Shown: one piece after another, positions 1-11,637 of the stretch
Numbering within the stretch: the first letter of the stretch is position 1
Layout: each line of letters opens with the position of its first letter
DNA from: Eledone cirrhosa
Lineage: Eukaryota
Assembly: GCA_964016885.1 (NCBI GenBank)
Contig: OZ024753.1
Coordinates: 14,694,001-14,758,000, forward strand
DNA length: 64,000 nucleotides
Direction: 5' to 3'
Notes under the pieces: model-generated
Told to the model about the DNA's origin: nothing
What the model saw: the letters and a program-made list of their open reading frames with translations, nothing else
Database searches by the model: none
Translations under genes and position numbers: made by a program

Positions 1-402
1 TCTTTGGAATATTGTTAATCAATTTTTTAGTAATCTAAAATAAAATAAAATTTTTAGTAATCTGATATAAAAATCAGTAGTATATTGAAAAATGGAAAAA
101 TAGGGTGGCGGGGCGTTTCGTTATTTCGAGGGACAAAAGGGGGCGTTTGGACTAAATGGGTTGAGAACCTGTGCTCTAGATATACAGTCCTCGTAGGGGG
201 GGGGGGGAGATACATATCCTAATGTGGACGTCCCTTCTAACCCATGCAAGTATGGAAAAATGGACGCTAAACAGTGATGATATATATATATATATATATA
301 TATGTTAGAAAGAGATGGTGTCCAACGGCTAAGCTCTTGCCATTTTGTCACTTAATTTGAGACTATATAATAAGTGAGCTCGCAGCTGAAGTTAGGCTCT
401 AA

Positions 403-1316
403 TCTATATATATATAAAACTGAGGATGTCTGTCTGTGTGTGTGTGTGTGAGTTCGAATCCCTAAAACTCGAGAACCACCCAACCGACTGTTTTCAAACT
501 TTACACATGTAATACGTATGTTTCAGGGAGTGTTCTGAGCAAAAATTTTCAAATTTTCAATGCCCTAGGGACTGCATTAGGCGATTTAGCGATTTCGCTC
601 TGCAATTCTTAGTCTTTCTCTTTTTAGATAGACACATACATATAACGTCGCGCCCTTATAATATCTGTCTGTATGTCTGCCTATCTGCATTACGTCACTT
701 CCCTGACAATGTCTGTCTGTGTGTGTGTGTCTGAGTCTGAATCCCTAAAACTAGAGTACCCAACCGATTTTTTAAAAACTTTACATGTGTATTACTAATG
801 TTTCAGGGACTGTTATGCATATGAAAAAATTCAACTTTCTTTATCTCCTTTTTTATACCGCATTTGGTGAAAAACTACGTTTTTTAAGATATTTAGGGGA
901 TTTTTGAGGCGTTACGTCAGACCGATTTCCTTGAAATGTATTAGTCAGTCTCTTCTTCATACCGTAAGCAAAGAAAATCCAATTTTCTTATGGATGGACT
1001 AGGGCCCGCATTAGGTGAAAAACTTCATTTTTTCAGCTTCTTAGGGCTTTTTGGAGGCGTTACATCTAGCCGATTTTCCGAAAATTTAAAGGCATATTAT
1101 GCACATATTTTCTTGATCTCCTAGGGCCCGCATTAGGTGAAAACCTGCAATTTTCCTGCTTCATCGAGGAAAATGTTAAAGATTATCCAGCCATCAAAGT
1201 ATTTGGTTTATTTTCTTTACATATTGTCCAGGCATGCAGTTTTTCCACGATTAGGTCTGTTGGCGGCCTGCGTTCCAAAATACCTTATCCCGTGCAACGC
1301 CGGGTACCACTGCTAG
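403..1316 (+). mobile_element. Non-autonomous Helitron
   Basis: 5' A|TCTATATATATAAAAC with internal GTCT/GT microsatellite. 3' CCCG-tgcaacgc-CGGG hairpin followed by CTAG|T. A/T insertion site with no TSD. Confidence 0.82.
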
Positions 1317-1520
1317 TAAGATATAAAATTCAATTAACGATGTTTACTATTTTTTCAATTCACAGGGAAAATCTTATTTTCTGGTATGTTTACATGCCTA
1401 CATAGTAGATATGTGTATAAATATATACACATTGCTGCTGTCTCAGTTACACACACTGTATTAATACAGATATAACTTTATTACACACTTTGGCTGCTGG
1501 AACACTGATTAATATAAATA

Positions 1521-1554
<34 letters not shown>

Positions 1555-1699
1555 AATAAATATATATATATATACATACATATATATACACATACATATA
1601 CATATATACATACATATAGACACACATATACATATATACATACATACACACATATACATATATGCATACACACACACATATACATACACACATATACAT

Positions 1700-1741
<42 letters not shown>

Positions 1742-1744
1742 TTT

Positions 1745-2086
1745 CATTTCATCATCATTTCATTTTACGTCCGCCTTTTCCCTGCTTGCAAGGGTGGGAC
1801 GGGAACTGATTCTGGCTTGATTTCTACAGCTGGATGCCCTTCCTAACACCAACCTCATTTACAGTGAGTGCTGGGTGCTTTTTTTCCGTGGTGCCTACAC
1901 GACCACTTTGCAGTGGAATGATATGGACCCCAGTCCCTATCATCTCATTTCTACAGCTGAGTAAACTGGAGCAATGTGAAATAAAGTGTCTTGCTCAAGG
2001 AAACAACACATCCCCCGGTCTGAGAATTGAACTCACAACCTTTCGATTGCAAGGCCAATGCTCTAACCACTAAGCCATGTGCCTCC
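1745..2086 (-). mobile_element. SINE family A (tRNA-like head, CCTTGAGCAAGACACTT body, RTE-derived tail)
   Basis: A/B boxes TGGCTTAGTGG and GTTCAATTC. Near-identical copies at 34655-34989, 36484-36811, 40286-40630 and 53296-53640. Confidence 0.88.
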
Positions 2087-2107
2087 ATATATATATATTT
2101 GTATATA

Positions 2108-2652
2108 TAACTTAAACTTTGATAACTTTGACAGGTTTCGGCCAGTATTGGCCCAGGCCATATCTAACTTAATAACACCACCTGGCAAAATCTCTCAAAT
2201 CAGGATTTGGGCACTATGGCCCACTCAAGTAGCGAGTTATTGTTTACGGGGATATATCCGGGTGTAGGAGGTTTATCCGGGATTTCTTGAAGGAATTTGT
2301 CCAAAGACTTCTTGAACTTTATGGGGTCTGTTTCCGTTTTAATGTGTTTTGGTGTAATGTTGAAGAGGGTGGGGCCAATTGAGGTGAAATAATTGTGCTG
2401 TATTGTTGTTATGAGATGGAAGTTTGATTTTTTGTTGTGGGCGGATAGCACGGGCCCAAGCCTTGGGTGTACCTTAAAGGTGATGCCAACACTATTTGGG
2501 CCATCATTTTGGCAAAGCTGATGGAATATTTTTCGCACCATGCAGATAATGTAGCGTTCGTAGCGGTGCTGGAGAGAATAAAGGTTGAGTTTTACTAGTC
2601 GACCCCAATAGTCAAGGCCTGACATGCCATCTATCTTTTTCATGATTGACCT
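2108..2652 (-). mobile_element. 3' fragment of a CR1/L2-group LINE
   Basis: Peptide LDYWGRLVKLNLYSLQHRYERY...GPTLFN...FKKSLDKFLQEIPDKP is typical of CR1-group C-termini. Ends in a stem-loop and AAAGTT-type tail repeats. Confidence 0.8.
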
Positions 2653-2654
2653 AT

Positions 2655-2706
<52 letters not shown>

Positions 2707-2906
2707 GTTATTCCGGGTTGAATCGGAGGTAACCACAGTAAGTAAGGTACTCAATACATAGCAGAGTATAAAAGTTTTAATATAGATGAGATTCTACAGG
2801 ACTAGAACTGTTTCATTCTTTAGAAATGACCTACACCCATCCCACTCCCCACCCTCTCCTACCACTTGTAGAGACCTATAAATACCATTTTTATTTTTTG
2901 ATACCC

Positions 2907-2957
2907 AGATTCCTGATGATTTCTAAAGAATGAAACAGTTCTAGTCCTGTAGAATCT
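2907..2957 (+). ncRNA. Type I hammerhead ribozyme motif (family 1)
   Basis: AGATTC-CTGATGA-tTTCtaaaGAAt-GAAA-CAG ttctagtc CTG-TA-GAATCT. Perfect stem I, intact core, predicted cleavage after GUA (2951). Confidence 0.8.
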
Positions 2958-3080
2958 CACCTATATTAAAACTATATATATATATATATATACGTAGGTC
3001 CCGGGTTGAGTCGGGGATAACCACAGTAAGTAAGGTACTCAATACATGGCAGAGTAAAAAATTTTTTATTGTATAGAAGG

Positions 3081-3131
3081 AGCTTCTACAGGACTAGTAC
3101 TGCTTCATTCAGATGAAATCTTCAGGAAGCT
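3081..3131 (-). ncRNA. Type I hammerhead motif (family 1; GAAG core variant)
   Basis: AGCTTC-CTGAAGA-tTTCatctGAAt-GAAG-CAG tactagtc CTG-TA-GAAGCT. Compensatory stem I change relative to the 2907 copy. Confidence 0.7.
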
Positions 3132-3709
3132 GGGTGTCATATTAAGTTCTGGTATTTATACATTTAGGTAGTGGTAAGGGAGGGGTGGTGGCTGGAGGGG
3201 GCGGGGGGGGGGGGGGGGGAATTGTTTGGGGTAGGATGGTATTTAGATACACAGGACCACAACATAGCACAGGCCGTTTTTTCTTTGGGGAGTGGTCAAT
3301 TAGCCAGAGTGCTTTTTTGAAATAAATAAATAAGTAAATAAATAAATATATATATACATATACATACACATATATATACATATATATATATATATATACA
3401 TACACATATATATACATATATATATATACATACACGTTGAAACAGCCACCTGATCACTGTCCAATTATACATAATTTAGTTTTCAGTAAAGTAAATTGTT
3501 CTTTAACATTCCTGAGGTTGAAGTTTAAATGTAATGGAAATGAAACCAAATCTATGTATTTCTCATAGGTTAAACTACAGGATTAACTTAAGCTGTTTTA
3601 ATCCGGATTATATAAAACATCCTTTCATTGCAACACTAATCACCACTAATGATGCCAGCTGTATTAGCAATGTAGACTTTGCTAATTACTATGGCTGAAA
3701 TATACAAAT

Positions 3710-3831
<122 letters not shown>

Positions 3832-4051
3832 AGAAGTGTAAGTCAACAGGTTAACATTAACTTTGTTTATTCATATTCGCTGTAATATATATTTTGGTGA
3901 TAACCATTATTCAACAGCTATGACCTCATCAGACAGATAGAACTTTTTAAAATTACTCCCGAGTAAACAGACCCACCTGCACACTTCATTGAGTGCTCTA
4001 CCTTGCATACTGAAGTGTTGGTAACCAACCAACAAATACTCAAATATATAT

Positions 4052-4230
4052 ATATAGGAAAATGTTTGACCCCTGACGGCAGAGCTAAAGCCGTTTTGAC
4101 GGCTATTTCGACGGCTTGAGCTCTGCCGTCGAGGTCAAACATTTTCCTATTACCCACTCTACTACCCTAAGTATTGAGTACTCTGGTGCGTTATGGTCCA
4201 TCTGGTTCCTTACCACACCTCCTTCATTAT
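4052..4230. mobile_element. Short (TA)n-flanked fold-back repeat (related copies 37615-37736, 52538-52780)
   Basis: Arms ATAGGAAAATGTTTGACC...GACGGCAGAGCT and AGCTCTGCCGTC...GGTCAAACATTTTCCTAT. Shared body GATGGACCATAACGCACCAGAGTA. Confidence 0.7.
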
Positions 4231-4942
4231 ATATATATACCATATACAATGAATGTTTCAAATAAACTACAAATTCCTTCTTATATATGTGTGAAGGTAT
4301 GCAGTTTAGTAGTTAGAGCATTGAGCTCACAATCATAAGTTTGAATCTCAAACTGTGTGATGCATTGTGTCCTTGGGCAAGTCACTTTATTTCATATTGC
4401 TCAGTCTACTCAGCTGTAGGAATGAACTGTATTGATTTTTGCCTTTTCTATGGACAACATCATGACGTGAAGAAGGAAGGCTGCTGGTCTTCTACAAATA
4501 CATTTTGCCCAGGCTTGTGCCTCAGAGGGGAACCTTGCAGGTACAACATCATTGTCAAGTATCTATATATAAATTTCTGTGATTCTGTCACAACATGTAA
4601 AGAGAGAGGAGTAGTTTTATTACCTCATACTACCCCTCTTTATGACTGCGTGAATGTATGTGTGTTGAAAAGGAAGGAAGGGGACGGTGAAAAATCTATG
4701 CTGTGTGTGAGTGTATGTATTTGTGTATGTAAATGTATGTATGTGTGTGTGTGTGTGTGTGTGTGAATGTATGTCTAAGTGTGTATTTTTGTAAGTGTGT
4801 CTGTGTTTGCGCATTTATATTCATATACTCATACATATAAATGTATACACACATACACGTCAGCATATGGAAACAAATTCTAGTGACTGAAAGGATTGGA
4901 ACCAGTAAAGACATCCAGTTATAGAACATTATAGAACACTAC

Positions 4943-5121
4943 TTGGCAGTATCGGTAGAGGGTCGGGCGCCATGCTTTGCAGCACAGTTACGTCCCTTTA
5001 CAGACTGAGTTCAAATCCTGCCGAGGTTAACTTTGCCTTTCATCCTTACGGGGTCGATAAAATAAAGTACCAGTAATACACTGGGATAATTGCTGGCCTT
5101 GTGCCAAAAGTAGAAACAATT
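4943..5121 (+). mobile_element. SINE family B (tRNA-like head plus Nin/Deu-like GCCTTTCATCCTTACGGGGTCGATAAA domain)
   Basis: TSD ATTATAGAACACTAC. About 20 full or partial copies in the window, e.g. 11042-11225, 14405-14615, 21833-22019, 23313-23500, 26647-26829, 36825-37013, 39983-40166, 45406-45585, 46110-46297, 50275-50459, 61296-61482. Confidence 0.9.
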
Positions 5122-5940
5122 ATAGAACACTACATTACCTAGCTGTAGGACACATGATGAGCCCTTTTAAAGGGCCCTCAAGTTAAATGCCTGGCATTAA
5201 AACGGTAATTGCAGCGGCTTTTTTAAATGATGAAACCTAAAATCTTCCCAATTCCACAGTGAAATCTGAAGACTGACCTAAGAGAATTTTGGTTAAAAGT
5301 TTCAAGTGTGACTTTATTTTTAATTGAATTTCTGAAATTTGTCTTCGTTTCATTTGCTGATGCCATGTGATAATTCTATTAAAACTGAACTAACAACTAC
5401 AACAAAAGGATGGAAATAACAAACTACATAAAACAAACATCATCATCATCATCATATTACATCCACTTGATGATGATAACGATGTTTGTAATATATTTCT
5501 TTAAAACTAACTAATTCAATTAAAACAATGAAACACAAATAAAACACAAATAAAACAACAACAATAACTAACAATGGTGATTGATTGGTTGATTATTTTT
5601 ACAAATCAGAGATATCGTGATCAATATTAGAATCTGAGTTAACTAGCTATAACCCTTCCATTGATGATGTTCTTGTGAATATATCTTCTCTAATGGTGAC
5701 AAGACATACTACAGAGTGGTGTGTGATCAGTGAGCTGGACAGACAGACACATAGATAGATAGATAAAGAAAGAAACTGAAAGATATATAGCGAGACTTAC
5801 AGATAAAGAGGGAGAGATTGACAGATATAGCTAGCTCACTTTCCTAGAGATTAAGTTACTCATGAATATATATCATTTACAGAAACAAAATGTTGCTGCA
5901 ATCTGATCTGCGGATTTGGGCTTGCTCAGATTTAGAACCC

Positions 5941-6145
5941 TCCATGTCTTGAGACACGAGGTAGCCAAAGTGCTCCAATGACCAAGGTCAGTTATATCTA
6001 TCAATACATCCCATGTCTTGAGACAGATGAGGCAGCCAAAGTGCTCCAATGACCACGGTCAGTTACATCTATCAATATATCCCATGTCTTGAGACACATG
6101 AGGCAGCCAAAGTGTTCCAATGACCATGGTCAGTTACATCTATCA
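5941..6145. repeat. Three tandem ~70-bp repeats
   Basis: CCATGTCTTGAGACA...GCCAAAGTG...CAATGACC starts at 5942, 6011 and 6082. Confidence 0.9.
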
Positions 6146-7432
6146 TTACAATATTCTGGTCAGTTGCATCTACCAATATATCTATCAATACATGGGCCTG
6201 CATGTGTTTGAAATTAAAATCTATGCAGAATTTTGTTTTCGATCTTGCACAGAGCAAAAAACGAAATTCAATAATGAGTTTCATTTTAGACATATGAAAG
6301 GCCATAGTAACTAATTAAACTAATTAAGTTAATTAACACCTAAAGTTATCAAACAGTTGGCATACCCCCCCCCCCCCCCCTTACACCTAGTTCTGATACA
6401 AAATGGTGTGTTTTAAAGCATTTATATTTATCTAAAAACTTTCCATCATAATTTAATGTAAAAATATTTGTTATGTTCCAAATACTAGCTTAATGGTTTT
6501 TGATTTAGGCACTAGGTCAAAACGTTTAAAGGTGGAGAAAGTTAATTAATTCGATCCCAGTGTGTTATAGGTTATAGGTATATTATTGACCACATAAGGA
6601 TGAAGGGAAAAACTAACCTCGAACGTAAAGGGCTATAACTCTATGCTGCAAAGCATATTGTCCGACCCTCTACTGATACCATCAATTCATCACCCTAAAT
6701 ACCAGCTTAATAATGAAAAAATTAGGTATATTATTAAATCATTCTAAATTCTTTGAATTGATTGCTAATCAAGCAGGGTTTTTTTTTTTTATTTGAATTA
6801 TGATTATGATGATTTTAGATAAATATAATAAAAGTATTTATATTTATCTAAAATCATCTATCATAATTTTATGTAAGAGCCTTTGTTAAGTTAAGTTCTA
6901 AACACCAACTTAATAATGAAAAAGTAGTTTATATAACTAAATCCTGCCTAATCTTTGATTAATTTCAAAATTAACTGAAAATCTTCAATTAAAGTAGTTA
7001 AATCATAGGTTATCTAAGGGTTAAAATGTTTATATTCCTCTAAAATCCATCCATTGCAATTTCAAGTAAGAGACTTTATCAAGTTATATTCTAAACACCA
7101 TGTTAATGAGAAATTCATGCAACTGAATCCCTCCTAATTCTAACCAATTTGTGTCCTGTAGTCCTTACTTTTCCCCCTCCCTTTTCTCTCTTTTATGGCA
7201 TTTATAGTTCTTTCCAATAGTGCTCTCTTTTTCTGTAAGTTTATATAACTCTACTACAAAATAATATTCTCTATTGTTTTCAGCATTATATAAAAAATAT
7301 CAGAGGCAGTGTCTTTCATTAGAAATAAGATCATGAAAGGGTTAAAGACATACAGTGTCTTTCATTAGAAATATGGTTAGCAAAGGGTTAAATTTTAGTT
7401 GTTGGTTAAACATAGACAGAATGAAACACGAA

Positions 7433-7487
<55 letters not shown>

Positions 7488-7747
7488 TTAATAATAATAA
7501 TATATATATATAGATATATAGATATATAGATAGAGAGAGAGAGAAGCTGGTAGCAGATCAAGCAAACCAACAATGTAAGCTGTTTATGAATTGTGGTTAG
7601 TTAGCACTTTACCTTCTGATGTGATGACAGGCAGAGAAAAAATAGAATAAAAATGAAAAAAAAAAAAAAATAATAATAATACAATACAATAGTCACAATA
7701 TTAGCATCCAACTTTGTTGAACATTTTAAAGAAATTAAAACTCTGTT

Positions 7748-7785
7748 ATATACATATATATATATAGTATGTGTGTGTATATATG

Positions 7786-7850
<65 letters not shown>

Positions 7851-7912
7851 GTATATATATATATATATGCAGATATATATATATATATATATGCATTTAT
7901 ATATGTATATGT

Positions 7913-7946
<34 letters not shown>

Positions 7947-7984
7947 GCATATATATATATATATGCATTTATATATGTATATGT

Positions 7985-8020
<36 letters not shown>

Positions 8021-8275
8021 GCATGTATATGTATATATATATATATACATATATATATATGCATATATATGTATATATCTGTATATATATATGTGTATAT
8101 ATATATGTGTATCTATATGTGTATCTATATGTGTATATGCATATATGTGTATATATATATTTATATATGTATGTATATATATATACACACACACTATATA
8201 TATATATATATATATATATATGCATATGTGTTTATATATGTATGTATATATATATACATATATACATTCACACAG

Positions 8276-8328
<53 letters not shown>
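7748..8328. repeat. Mixed (TA)n/(TG)n microsatellite
   Basis: Direct reading. Similar tracts at 1510-1740, 16041-16335, 22089-22340, 31584-32354, 34990-35490 and 62803-63143. Confidence 0.95.
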
Positions 8329-8330
<2 letters not shown>

Positions 8331-8400
8331 CTAAGATAAAGCAATAGAGATCAGGCAATATTTATAGCTGTAATAGGAAACCAAATATGAGAAAGAGGAG

Positions 8401-10660
8401 ATGAGAGAGAAAGGGTAAGATGTGTGAGAGAGAAAGATAAAGAGGAGTGAGAGAGAAATGGTAAGATGTGAGAGAGAGAAAGATAAAGAGGAGTGAGAGA
8501 GAAATGGTAAGATGTGAGAGAGAGAAAGATAAAGAGGAGTGAGAGAGAAAGGGTAAGATGTGAGAGAGAGAAAGATAAAGATGTGAGAGAGAGAAAGATA
8601 AAGAGGAGTGAGAGAGAAAGGGTAAGATGTGTGAGAGAGAAAGATAAAGAGGAGTGAGAGAGAAATGGTAAGATGTGAGAGAGAGAAAGATAAAGAGGAG
8701 TGAGAGAGAAAGGGTAAGATGTGAGAGAGAGAAAGATAAAGAGGAGTGAGAGAGAAAGGGTAAGATGTGAGAGAGAGAAAGTTAAAGAGGAGTGAGAGAG
8801 AAATGGTAAGATGTGAGAGAGAGAAAGATAAAGCGGAGTGAGAGAGAAAGGGTAAGATGTGAGAGAGAGAAAGTTAAAGAGGAGTGAGAGAGAAATGGTA
8901 AGATGTGAGAGAGAGAAAGATAAAGAGGAGTGAGAGAGAAATGGTAAGATGTGAGAGAGAGAAAGATAAAGAGGAGTGAGAGAGAAAGAGTAAGATGTGT
9001 GAGAGAGAACGATAAAGAGGAGTGAGAGAGAAAGGGCAAGATGTGTGAGAGAGAAAGATAAAGAGGAGTGAGAGAGAAAGGGCAAGATGTGTGAGAGGGA
9101 AAGATAAAGAGGAGTGAGAGAGAAAGGGTAAGATGTGTGAGAGAGAAAGATAAAGAGGAGTGAGAGAGAAAGGGTAAGATGTGTGAGAGAGAAAGATAAA
9201 GAGGAGTGAGAGAGAAAGAGTAAGATGTGTGAGAGAGAACGATAAAGAGGAGTGAGAGAGAAAGGGCAAGATGTGTGAGAGAGAAAGATAAAGAGGAGTG
9301 AGAGAGAAAGGGCAAGATGTGTGAGAGAGAAAGATAAAGAGGAGTGAGAGAGAAAGGGTAAGATGTGTGAGAGAGAAAGATAAAGAGGAGTGAGAGAGAA
9401 AGGGTAAGATGTGTGAGAGAGAAAGATAAAGAGGAGTGAGAGAGAAAGGGTAAGATGTGTGAGAGAGAAAGATAAAGAGGAGTGAGAGAGAAAGGGCAAG
9501 ATGTGTGAGAGAGAAAGATAAAGAGGAGTGAGAGAGAAAGGGTAAGATGTGTGAGAGAGAAAGATAAAGAGGAGTGAGAGAGAAAGGGTAAGATGTGTGA
9601 GAGAGAAAGATAAAGAGGAGTGAGAGAGAAAGAGTAAGATGTGTGAGAGAGAACGATAAAGAGGAGTGAGAGAGAAAGGGTAAGATGTGTGAGAGAGAAA
9701 GATAAAGAGGAGTGAGAGAGAAAGGGTAAGATGCGTGAGAGAGAAAGTTAAAGAGGAGTGAGAGAGAAAGGGTAAGATGTGTGAGAGGGAAAGATAAAGA
9801 GGAGTGAGAGAGAAAGGGTAAGATGTGAGAGAGAGAAAGATAAAGAGGAGTGAGAGAGAAAGGGTAAGATGTGAGAGAGAGAAAGATAAAGAGGAGTGAG
9901 AGAGAAAGAGTAAGATGTGTGAGAGGGAAAGATAAAGAGGAGTGAGAAAGAAATGGTAAGATGTGTGAGAGAAAAAGGGTAAGAGGAGTGAGAGAAAAAT
10001 GGTAAGATGTGTGAGAGAAAGGGTAAGATGTGAGAGAGAGAAAGATAAAGAGGAGTGAGAGAGAAAGAGTAAGATGTGTGAGAGGGAAAGATAAAGAGGA
10101 GTGAGAAAGAAATGGTAAGATGTGTGAGAGAAAAAGGGTAAGAGGAGTGAGAGAAAAATGGTAAGATGTGTGAGAGAAAGGGTAAGATGTGAGAGAGAGA
10201 AAGATAAAGAGGAGTGAGAGAGAAAGAGTAAGATGTGTGAGAGGGAAAGATAAAGAGGAGTGAGAAAGAAATGGTAAGATGTGTGAGAGAAAAAGGGTAA
10301 GAGGAGTGAGAGAAAAATGGTAAGATGTGTGAGAGAAAGGGTAAGATGTGAGAGAGAGAAAGATAAAGAGGAGTGAGAGAGAAAGAGTAAGATGTGTGAG
10401 AGGGAAAGATAAAGAGGAGTGAGAAAGAAATGGTAAGATGTGTGAGAGAAAAAGGGTAAGAGGAGTGAGAGAAAAATGGTAAGATGTGTGAGAGGGAAAG
10501 GGTAAGATGTGTGAGAGAAAAAGGGTAAGAGGAGTGAGAGAGAGAGGAGTGAGAGAGAAATGGTAAGATGTATGAGAGAGAAATGGTAAGAGGAGTGAGA
10601 GAGAAAGGGTAAGAGGAGTGAGAGAGAAAGATAAAGAGGAGATGAAAGAGAAAGATAAGC
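8401..10660. repeat. Purine-rich ~43-bp minisatellite with a 159-bp higher-order block
   Basis: Unit GAGAGAAAGGGTAAGATGTGTGAGAGAGAAAGATAAAGAGGAGT. Variant AGAGTAAGATGTGTGAGAGGG recurs at 9907, 10066, 10225 and 10384. Confidence 0.95.
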
Positions 10661-11637
10661 AGAGTGAGAGAAAGAAAGAGATATCAAACTACTTACATGG
10701 ATTCTTAACATTTATACAGCAACAGTAACAACAATAACAACAGCAGAGAAGAATATAGAAGTGTGCTTTTAAAATGAATGGTTTCTACTGACTTATTCTA
10801 TTAATAAATAAAATATATTTGGTTTTAAACCTTTAGTTACCAGCCCGGCCAAATCCCTCTCTGGTTCCATAAAACCCCCCATTTGAATATTTTCCAACAT
10901 AATTTTACATAAGACCCTTTCATTAAGTTACTATCTTAGTAATGAAATAATAATTTTAGTAAATCCCTTGAAATTCTTCATTAATTAATTAAGATAGAGT
11001 GTGTTTCATTGGAAATGTGATCATGACACTGTTAAGTATATAATTGTTTCTACTTTTGGCACAAGGCCAGCAATTATCCCAGTGTATTACTGGTACTTTA
11101 TTTTATCAACCCCCGTAAGGGTGAAAGGCAAAGTTAACCTTGGCGGGATTTGAACTCAGAATGGCAAAGGCCGTAACTCTATGCGTCAAAGCATGGCGTC
11201 CGACCCTCTACCGATACTGCCAATCTCCCACACATTAATTAGTGTTAAATATATAATATATGATATATACATATTAATACATATCAAAAGCCATTACTTG
11301 TTGGAGGGATGCACATATTAAATATTAAAAAAATATTATATGTATATACATATATGAATATCTGTAGAGCAGTATAGGGTAAGATAGTGCTCTATCCATT
11401 AAAGAGCTATATATTTATTTAGTAAGGATTCAACACGTTATTTATATGGGTTATCTAGTGATATCATTCAGAAATCAATGTTTACATGATATTGCATGAC
11501 TGAATCCAGGAGAATGTTAATATCATTTGTTGAACGTATCCTGTATAAAATGGCAGATAACTCAAACACTGTGTAATATTGTTAGAAATTAGCTACACAC
11601 ACAGACACACACATATATATATATATATTTATATATA

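Noticed and set aside
2122-2160. GGCCAATACTGGCC-GAAAC-CT-GTC (minus) as a hammerhead
   Set aside because: No CUGANGA. Better explained as the CR1-group LINE 3' stem-loop.
8351-10711. 786-aa ORF rich in L/S/H/F
   Set aside because: Stop-free reading of a pyrimidine minisatellite with no domain.
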